A stretch of DNA of 64,000 nucleotides from Octopus vulgaris (Eukaryota): assembly GCA_951406725.2 (NCBI GenBank), contig OX597814.1:132308001-132372000 (forward strand). The letters are read 5' to 3'. The notes beneath the pieces were generated by a model. The model was not told where the DNA came from, made no database searches, and was given only the letters and a program-made list of their open reading frames with translations. Of the stretch, positions 54,099 through 64,000 are shown in pieces; the stretch's first letter is position 1, and every line of letters begins with the position of its first letter. A program made the position numbers and the translations under genes.

Positions 54099-55112
54099 GT
54101 AAGTAAACAAACCTTGTTAATATCAACTGTAATATTTATATCTTCAGTCTTATGTCTATGCTTTCTCTTCTATCATTCATAGGAATGAGTGAATCATTTT
54201 GCTTATGTACTGAACGCAGATTAGTACTATACATGCGTTACGTATTTCTATTGCTGTGGTATATTGATCTAATTCTGTACTTTCATATACACATATATAT
54301 ATATTTATAAATAGCCCGTATATTTTTATACATATTTTATACACACGTAATTGTTAGATCTCACTTCTAATTTAACTAAAATTGATGTTTGGTGTCTAAG
54401 AGCACATATCTGGCAGGTGTTAAAGGAGAATTTGTGCAAAAGATTTAAAGTATCTTAAAACCGAAGGATATGAAGCACATAAACTGTGTATTCATTTCCC
54501 TGTCTATTTAGTTATCTATAGGTTAAAATAAATAACACCATTGGTCCTGAATGTCCAATAGATTCTTCCAACAAGATTCGTCACCAAAGTATTAAATCCG
54601 GTCAGTGCATACTAGATTTCCTCTCCCCGCCATCGATGGTGGAATAGGGAAAGGCAAATGCCGACACCCTTTAGAACCAGTGGCAACACACCTCATGTCC
54701 AGTGCTGAGGGAACTAGAGCAACGCGGAATAAAACCTTTTGGTTAAGAACATAAAACACAAAGTCCGGCACAGAAATCGATGCTCTAACCACTGACACAT
54801 GTGCCTTCAAAATTATCTGTTAGAAAGTGCATAAACTCCGTTTACAAATCTTTAACTGTCTATGCGATCATTCTTCGAAACATATTTTCATAGTAAAAGA
54901 TGCTTATGGCCGGAGTTGAAGTCGGGGATCGACTCAAAGGAAGTTAAATCACTCTCCACATTCCACTAAACATTTCCTTCTGGAAAATAGATTTTTTAGT
55001 CTTTCATATACATACATACATACATACATACATACATACATACATACATACATACATACATACATACATACACACATACATACATACATACATACATACA
55101 TACATACATACA

Positions 55113-55144
<32 letters not shown>

Positions 55145-55808
55145 ATAGGATAGTGTTAATTACTTTTCGCTAGGAGGCGAGATTGGAGGGTTGTAGAAAG
55201 TGAGATGGGTGGGCGTCTAGTGCAAAGTGGGTAGTGGTGGTTTAGAGGAATCTAGAAAAATTTGAAGATGTGTGTATGAGAAAGAATAAGATCGGTGCAG
55301 TACTTTCTCTATAGTATGTTGCTAAGCTGACTTTATCTTAGTTTAAGCTTATTTTGAGTATGGATACTTGAATTTAAGGGACTACATAGATTTAATAATA
55401 TAATAAAAGATGAGTAATACCTTTGTTTACAAGAATAAATTACACCAGAGAATCTATTAAAAGAGTTAAGAAGGCAAAAATGGTTAATTGAAAGTTTACA
55501 CATAACTTACGGAATATGGAATATTTCGAGATTTAAGATTGTATTCTCTCCTGTATTCTATTATCCATTTGTGGATTGTCAAATACGAATAGACGAGAAC
55601 AGTGGATAGTGTTGTTATGTGTATTCGTATTTCTATTTCGAGAGAGAATGAGAGTGAGTGAGTGAGTGAGTGAGTGAGTTAGTCAGTCAGTTATTCAGTC
55701 AGTAGCACAGTCAGTAAGTAGTATATTATACTTGATTTCGTTTATTTATTTAGCTGTAGGTCATATTGAACCGTATTTACTCATTTTCACATAATTTATA
55801 TCACGCAG

Positions 55809-56336
55809 GTTCTCCAAGTTGCGATATACCTCCTCACCAACGTCGTATTCTTCATATCCTCGGCGTCAATTCCGACTCAATGTAATATACCAAACGACTT
55901 GAAAGTTCAGTACGAGAAACTATACAATGCAGCGATCGGCAATAACTTTTTTCTACCAGCTGAAATATCTCCAGCGGGAAGTGACCAACAAGCACTGACC
56001 GTAGGGGATAAAACTTGCCCAAAATCTTCCGTATCTACTGATATCATTCGCGAGCGTTCAACCTGCCCATGGTACCTGACAATTACCCACAATTCCACAT
56101 ATTTTCCTCCATCACGCACAGAAGTCGTGTGTCGCTGTACAGATTGTCTGGACTCTGACAGTAACCATCAGTGTGTGATGGTGTATACTCCAATGACTGT
56201 CCTGAAACGTACAGCTGAATGTGTTGATGGACTGTACGTTTATAAACCAAGTGTCATCGAGGTTCCTACAGCCTGTGTGTGCGCACGGAAGGTCGATGTA
56301 ATATCTGGAGGAAATGGCGATGAATATGAATCGTAA
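55809..56336 (+). CDS. IL17: Interleukin-17-like cytokine, copy 5, main coding exon
   Basis: Acceptor AG at 55807-55808. The exon reads VLQVAIYLLTNVVFF...RSTCPW...TACVC and is intact at 528 bp. Confidence 0.92.
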   Translation, partial: VLQVAIYLLTNVVFFISSASIPTQCNIPNDLKVQYEKLYNAAIGNNFFLPAEISPAGSDQQALTVGDKTCPKSSVSTDIIRERSTCPWYLTITHNSTYFPPSRTEVVCRCTDCLDSDSNHQCVMVYTPMTVLKRTAECVDGLYVYKPSVIEVPTACVCARKVDVISGGNGDEYES

Positions 56337-56444
56337 TATCGGCCAACATCATCAAACATTCAAATGTGTGTAACACAAATGTTTTTCATAATGCTATGGA
56401 AGTTTAAGTAAACCACTGTGTGGTTGTTATACGAAACACATACG

Positions 56445-56491
<47 letters not shown>

Positions 56492-57889
56492 AATTATACA
56501 AACGTACATATTTAAATAGGTGCTCTCACGCTATTTCTTTCTTTTGATCTCATTCGCCCTCTCGCTCTCTCTCTTTGTGTTTATAGATACACACGATACA
56601 CACACACACACGAACGCACTCACAAATTCACTCACATACACACATATACATACAAATATAAATATATACATATATATGGAAATATGCATATATTTACATG
56701 TATATAAGCATACATTTAAAAATACATTCATACATACATACATACATTGACAAAAAAACAGATCTCTAAGTGAAATATATTTCTTGCTATTTTGTTTTAC
56801 TATTTTGTAAAGAATGTAGGGAAGTCTTATCTTGCCTACCATCATATTTAACTCAATTAACATTTCCTTTTTTTTAACCTAAACCCATATCAGGATTCTT
56901 TATATATAAATATTTTATACCGATAAATTTTGTTGAATGAATTTACATATACGTTACTTGTCCCTAACACTAAATACTTCGATATTCATGGTTTAATCCT
57001 CACTATTTCACCCGTTTCATAAATTTGTTCACGTAGTAAGTTCACTATGCATCGATTTATACTTACATGTTTTTCTTCATATCATTGCTCATCTTTTACA
57101 AAACAATTTCATATTCACTAATTGATTCAAATAAAGAAAGCTAGCGTCCGTAGTTATTTCACATGACACTACGATGTAATTGGTGATTATGTGAACTGCT
57201 AGAGAATACTGTGATAGCCGCAAGATTCTCTGAATCCATATCCATATCATATAGTTACTTAAACACTAGTACTCAGTCCACCAATAAATTCTCACTAATA
57301 ATAATGTTTATGTAATATTTACATAAATATTTAATTCTAACTTTTATATATCTTTGAAACACAATATTTAAGTAAGCATTTTTGTATATATTTTAACATG
57401 ACTTCATATATGTATGTTAGCAAATGTAGGCGTGAGTGTCTGTTTGTGTGTATGTGTTTTTGCAGGCACACATGCTCCCTCACACACATATATATATGTG
57501 TTATTATAACTGAAAAAATAATTTTTTAAAGATATATTTAAAAAATTTTTCTATGTATATACTTACAATTATATTTATCATCCGTAGAATGATTGTAAAA
57601 CTGTTTAGATATATTTTTCTGTTGCTTTTCCTTAAAGCGAAATATAAGACATAGATATGTTAATTTGTATCATATTTTTTATTGTATTGTAAACAAGTGG
57701 ATTCTAATATCAATAAAAAAAATGTATTTCAATACAAAACGTGTCCTTTCTTATGTTCGTATTTTCCTTCTCTGACCTGAATAAAAAGTGTAAATCTCCA
57801 CTCACTGACTGCATTAGCAGCTGAACACGAATAAATGCACTAAACCCTAACAATATGCAGTTAAATTTAGTGAATCAGTTTTCCTGCTC

Positions 57890-58445
57890 CCAGCTATGAT
57901 CACCCAACAGTTTAAAATTAACTGCGGATCTTGAAGCAATCCAGAAAGGTCTTCTCATTGTAATAGCTCAGCTAGTGGGAAAGGCTAAAACAGCTTAGAC
58001 TCTACTCTCTGGACGGAAGGTTAGAGTGGTATACAGTGATATACATCTGGAAGATCCTGAAAGAAATTGTGCCAAATTTTCTAATTGAAATCGACGCAAA
58101 TACCAGAACAGTTTGTCCTTGTATATTGACAAAGATCCTAGCAATGCCATCGCGCATTAGGACCAGTTACTGCAACAGCCTTAGTTCAGGGGCCCACATC
58201 TTCTTATAATCTCCCAAAGAAACCGAGGGACCTACACAAAGTGAATGTATGCGTTTTCAAATCAAAGTGGACCTCTTGCTGTCGAGAGTCCCAGATAGCC
58301 CTACATCGCAGCAAGACGTGCAAAGGAGTATAGCGACATCAAACACCTATATACAACAAAATTGCCACATACTGGAGGGATCTGTCAATAATAACAGTGT
58401 AGTAAAACAGTGCTGCACCCACATGGCTCCACCCTTAATTTGAAA
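57890..58445 (+). mobile_element. Decayed CR1/L2-type LINE 3' fragment
   Basis: RLEWYTVIYIWKILKEIVPNF..NTRT near 58020-58110 resembles LINE ORF2 C-termini. Homology to the IL-17 3' flank stops abruptly at ~57890. A related scrap (CRRLAGWILRTF) lies at ~59855-59930. Confidence 0.5.
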
Positions 58446-58709
58446 CGTAAAAAAGCAATATACAAACATACATGTATATATACATACGTATAAGAGATAA
58501 TGGTGTCATTGAGACCCAAAGGTGTCAGGTAATGCTAAATATGTGCTAAAGACAGACCATAGTTAAGTTCTAGATTCGGTAATATTGCGAAAAAGGGTTC
58601 AACTTTGGTTCTATGTCAACGTGTGTATATATGAATTTTTTGAGTAATGAAATAAAAAAACCAAGGCTGTATATATATTAGAGCATTTATAGATAGAAGG
58701 TCTTACAGC

Positions 58710-58757
58710 TGTTTCTAGAATGTTAATTAATAATAATATCCCTTCATTGGAGACGGG
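58710..58757 (-). other. Degenerate hammerhead motif in a probable Penelope-like terminus
   Basis: The minus strand reads GUCU-CCAAUGA-AGGGAU...AUUCUA-GAAAC-AGCU-GUA-AGAC. The CUGA core is mutated. Confidence 0.5.
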
Positions 58758-59333
58758 AAAAGTTAAGTTATAGTTAGTTTCGATGTGATATAAATAGAGA
58801 GTGGGGTGGAGGAAAGAAAATAGATGTAAGATATGTATGGTTATTGAGTTCATAAATCCGTTTTATAAGCATAATGGTATATATGTGTACTATTCCAATA
58901 TCCTTTGATATCAGTTTAATATGAGTCCATCCAAATATAAAGTTTATAAGCAATGTAAGATTCTCTTAAAGTTGGTCCTTCCCAGTAGGGAATTTATATA
59001 GAATGTAGCAGATTCGAGGTTTGTGTTTCAACTGACCTAGTAATAGGGAGTGTTTTAGTTTGGCCAAATTGAAAATAGGAAGAGAGGAATGACAAAAACA
59101 AAAAGAGATAAAAAGAGGAGAGGAAGAAAGAATTAAAGAAGAAAGAAGATTAGTAAAAACAAAAATAAAGAAAAAATACCTGAAGGTATGAATAAAAAGA
59201 ATAAGGAAAAGAAAAAAGAAAAATTAAGATAAAGGTTGGTCAGTGGTCAGTGGAGGTAGTTTGAAAGTAGGAGTGGAGATAGAGAGAGAAAGGTATTATA
59301 GTAGAAATGATAGAGGAATGGGGGTGTTAAGAG

Positions 59334-59540
59334 GTGTTAGAAAGAACCAAAAAGGACCTACATAAATTCTTTTCTAACCAAAACCTATCTATCACATTCG
59401 AAAACGTCCACAAAACTGCTAACTTTCTGGACGCAACCCTAAACTTATCAACATCCCAATACTCCCCTTACCACAAACCTAACCAGTATCTTAAATACAT
59501 TAACATCCATTCCAATCACCATAAATCTCATTACACAAAA
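59334..59540 (+). mobile_element. Penelope-like reverse transcriptase fragment
   Basis: LSITFE..KTANFLDATLNL..YSPYHKPN..LKYINIHSNH is typical of the PLE RT motif 7/thumb region. Confidence 0.75.
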
Positions 59541-59586
59541 TATTCATATATATATATACGTATAAATATATATTTATAAGTATAAA

Positions 59587-59619
<33 letters not shown>

Positions 59620-59808
59620 GTATAGGGAAAGTTTACGAAAACAAAAACAAAAGAAGAAACAGGTGGTGTACAAAAGAAACAGATGTATTAGTATAGCGCT
59701 CAGGAATAAAAAAAAAGTACAGAGAAAAAAGGTACAGAGAAAAAACAAGGAGAGAAAAAAATGTGTGTAGTGGCTAACGATGAATCACGGCGTCAGACTC
59801 GGGCATAA

Positions 59809-59852
<44 letters not shown>

Positions 59853-60072
59853 GTACATGCAGACGACTGGCTGGCTGGATCCTAAGAACATTCAGAACCA
59901 GAGATAAGGAAACCATGATGGTCCTCGACAAAAATAGCTACATCAATCTCCATTCTTCAACAAGTGCCGTATATTAGAGGCGGTACTCTGTAATAACAGT
60001 GTAGCAAAACGGCGGTTCTCCAGCATGTCCATAACTCTGATCTGAAACTACAGTATATCTATCCATCTCTTA

Positions 60073-60185
<113 letters not shown>

Positions 60186-60649
60186 TAAACAGTATATGTA
60201 CATGAACCAGATCATACATATATATATATACGGGAAATCTAAGCCAAGTGCATTAGATCCCCTGGAAGAAAGCTTCGAATATATACAACACGAGGACGGA
60301 AAACGAACGAAGTACACGAACAAAAATACAGAATACGTGACAACAATAAGAATACAAAAACGTAAAAACAATAACGGTAAAAATAAAGTATAAAAAATAA
60401 ACAACAAAACCAGGACGTAGGACAAGGGTCTTTCGACAGGACGAATTGAGCATGGGGCTGGCTTATGAAGTTGTGCCTAATGGCCACAGGGAGACGAACA
60501 AGTACGTGTTGCTTCAACGGCTGCTGGAACGATATATATAGAAGGGGGGGGGAAACGGATGGAGAGGGAAAGAAAGGAGGGGGAATAAGGGAGGAGAGAG
60601 AGAGAAAGAAAGATTAAGAGTCGTATCAATATATAGACATATGTACATG

Positions 60650-60701
<52 letters not shown>

Positions 60702-61016
60702 TCTATATATATATATGCATGTATAAATGTCGGATAATATCTTCAGTAGAAAAAATGTCACTGTGTATATATTATATACATATTGAAAGTATAAATAATG
60801 AAACTATTAAAACATAATGTACTATCTCACATTAGAATATAGGTGTTATTGTTTCACCTTTGATATGAGATACTCAAATAGTGTAAAAGACAACAGATTA
60901 CTCTGGGCTCGCATTAGCGAAGAAGTTGAAACTTTGTTGGCCCGTAACACAATATGAATGACAGATCTCGAGTTGTACTGATGCACTTGCAGAGACACAC
61001 AGGCACACATTCGCAG

Positions 61017-61160
<144 letters not shown>

Positions 61161-61379
61161 GTATGCATATATATATATATCGTTAGAATGGGATATTAAT
61201 GTATTAATATATATAATAAAAATAAAAGCTCCGTATAGTAAAGAATAATGTTAAAAATGCTAATAAATCGTAAAAGGAAAGAAAGAGGACAAATAAAAGG
61301 GGAGGATTTTTTAAAAAAAAAAGGGGGGGGGGAAAAGAAAAGGGGAGAGGAAAAAAATGTTGATTAATAGGGATCGTAA

Positions 61380-61970
61380 TCACAGAAATGTCAATATGAC
61401 GTGTAAAGGGGAAGACAGGTGAGGTTTACCCGTGGAAAGAAAAGCCTACGGGAATGACCACGGTAACCTCGGTCAATGAAATCACATGTTATATTTCCGG
61501 TTTTTTTTTTGCAAATAAGCAACTCTCTGTATTAATTTTTACGGTTCATAGAATCATAGTCAAGGTGGCTTCGTCATTCATACGTGCTATCCTTGCTACA
61601 TTCACCCATCTATTTTAAAAATTTTTACTAGACAAAACTTGCCTCTCTACTCTCACTTTCCTCTTCAAGTGATACATGAAGAAGTTGATAAGAGATTGAC
61701 CAGAGAGAAAAGTGTTTGTCTCTAATCCTTTCACGCGCTTCCACCAGATACATTCTTTCGCCATAGACACAAGTATGATAAAAATAGCTCTTCCTTCCCG
61801 TTTGAAGGAAGGAGGCGTGACGATATTAACGATAGACTCGGCTGATAAACCGAAACGTCCCACACGTGACAGCAGTCGTTCGACATAAGCCCACAGGTCG
61901 GAAATTGCTGGACACTGCACGATTGCGTGCAGAGCGGTTTCGTCGCTCTGCCCGCAACTCGGGCAGGTCG
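61380..61970 (-). mobile_element. L1/Tx1-like LINE 3' fragment
   Basis: ORF 61615-61995 contains CPSCGQSDETALHAIVQCP (CCHC knuckle), LWAYV and AKECIW. Confidence 0.7.
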
Positions 61971-62322
61971 ACCCACAAAAACACATGTACTGCAATGCTA
62001 TAAAATTTCAGGCACTCCGCTATCAGTGGAACATCAGGCTAAAATCGGAATGCACTAGACCAGAAAGTAATACACTAATTGCACCAAATTCAGAACTACT
62101 TACCTCCCTTACACATAATATTTTACTCAGGGACTAGTAGACCAGACACCATTCAGTATTCGGTGTGCACTCAAAGCAATGAATAGTACTTTTTGAAACC
62201 TGTATGCTTTTGAATCTCTTTCACAAGTCACAATAATGAATTTAATTCCTACCTCAGTTCATCTAATTGCTTATATCTATCGTTACTTTTCATTACAATC
62301 CTTTCTTCTTACTTTCCTGCTC

Positions 62323-62384
<62 letters not shown>

Positions 62385-62579
62385 ACTTGACCGGTTTCAC
62401 ATTTTCAAAAAGAGATTATCAAAAGTAAAATATAAAAGTTTGTATAGGCTTTGATGTGTTAAAACATATTTATCATATATATATATTTAAATATTAAATA
62501 TATATTTAAATACAGTTATACCTTCTTTGATAATGATGAGAAAATGTTAAGAGGGTCTTTCTGTTTAAACTTTTTACAT

Positions 62580-63240
62580 GAAATGTGTAAATCCCAAGTC
62601 AGTACACTCTTTGATACGGTGTATATCTTCAGTGCTGATATCAGAATGGAGTGAGGTGTATTTGTCTTGAAGAGACTTATACATCTGTGCATGGATGAGC
62701 TAGAGATCCCATCGGGGGAGGTTATGAAGCAAATAGAAGACACGGTCTCTAAGTACTTGGGGATATTGGAAATGGATAAATTGGTAAAGGAACAAATGAC
62801 CGGACAATTTAAGGTGGAGTACTTGCACAGACTAAGACTGATCCTTAAGTCAAAATTAAGCAGTTGGAATAAGATTGAGACTATCAACATCTAGACAGTT
62901 TTAATCCTTAGAGATGGAACGGGCTTAATCACATAGACAGTAGACGAACTAAACAGCTTAGAGAGAAACAAGTAAGTTGCTGATTAGATATGGGTTACTC
63001 CACCCAAAAAGTGACACAAGCAGACTGTCTGTACCATTAAAAAGATCGGGAAGTGGACTGATTGAATACGAAGACAGCATTAGAGCAGAAGAAAACATTA
63101 TAGCATTGTATGCAAAAATGCCACAGAACCGCTATTATTGGAAGTAGGAAGCTTACACTTGTTTAGGATGGAAGATTGCAAAGATAAAGCACTGTTCAAG
63201 CACTTGAGAATGAATGACACTGAAAATTAGTGACTAAAGA
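62580..63240 (+). mobile_element. R4/Dong-like fragment (third paralogue, unit C)
   Basis: KYLGILEMDKL..EYLHRLRLILKSKLSSWNKIETIN, with the same upstream flank as 12715/13790/40115. Confidence 0.75.
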
Positions 63241-63249
63241 AGGATGCTC

Positions 63250-64000
63250 CTCTAAGTGCCATTCTTCTGACATTGCGAAAGTCGGACGAGCTCGTATTGC
63301 ATCTTGTATATCATCGTGTAACCGTTCAAGTGGAAATGCAATTTGACTGTTGTCTGAGAAATTGCAAGAAAGAACGAGAGAAACATAGTCTCGAAATAAA
63401 TAAATAACTAAATATAATAAAACGTTTTGAAAACATGCAGGTATGTTGGATAAGAGTTGTGTCTCTTTAAATATGTATTATTTCTTCGTGAGTTGAATTA
63501 GTCGGTGGAATTTTTGAGGCTGTGTTAAAAACTATATCATATTTAAAATGTACAGGTCATTGGAGTAGCCACTCTACTTTGTTCAGTGGAAATACGGCTC
63601 TAAGTTCGTCGGTATGCAATTAAATTGATATGAAAATAAGAATGTTTATTACGATTGAGTTATGCGCTATCAATATAGCTTCTATACTGTCCACCGAGTC
63701 CAGTCTTCACATGCATAAGTTCACAAGCTCTAGCTCACAGAGAGATTCGAAGTTGTCGGCTACATACACAATGGTCTATACGGCCTATGGAAGCCTTGCC
63801 CAAGGTGTGACCAGTTATATGCAGACATTTTTGTGGATCCATGGGCGGGAGCTAAGTGTCAGGTGAGACATCAAACGGGCGAACAACTCCGAAGGGGATC
63901 TCAAGTTCTACCCTTACAACCCCATTCAGACAACCTATGCATCGCATTGCAGGGGCACAATAAAAACACGAACTGTCCAACTCGTCACCTGCAGTTCCAG
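63250..64000. repeat. Unit C paralogue of the spacer at 17409-17972+19175-19352 / 43835-44590
   Basis: CTCTAAGT(G/A)CCATTCTTCTGACATTGCGAAAGTCGG...CACCTGCAGTTCCAG is colinear and lacks the CR1 insertion. Confidence 0.85.

Overview
AT-rich, microsatellite-dense animal DNA, most likely an octopus or other coleoid cephalopod (inferred from repeat types and gene content). The window is part of a tandem array of interleukin-17-like cytokine genes. Five copies alternate in orientation (+ - + - +) within a ~25-26 kb segmental duplication (unit A ~4.1-29.9 kb, unit B ~29.9-55.1 kb, partial unit C to the end). Copies 2-5 have a 15-nt coding first exon (MNTTN/MNNTN followed by GTAAGT) missed by the ORF track, a phase-0 intron of 1.7-3.0 kb, and one large coding exon (528 bp in intact copies 2, 3 and 5). 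Upstream of each first exon is a conserved ETS / kB-like / TATA block. Copy 4 is frameshifted by a 35-bp deletion, and copy 1's first exon is not in the window. The rest is decayed mobile DNA: DD34D mariner, R4/Dong-like, RTE, CR1/L2 and L1/Tx1-like LINE pieces, tRNA-derived SINEs, and Penelope-like GIY-YIG elements, one forming a ~3-kb fold-back. Hammerhead ribozyme motifs occur in the Penelope 3' regions (4 apparently intact copies). A degenerate hammerhead also occurs in a tRNA-headed SINE-like element lying sense in four IL-17 introns. Most ORF-track entries are microsatellite translations. All alignments were made by eye, and repeat boundaries are approximate.
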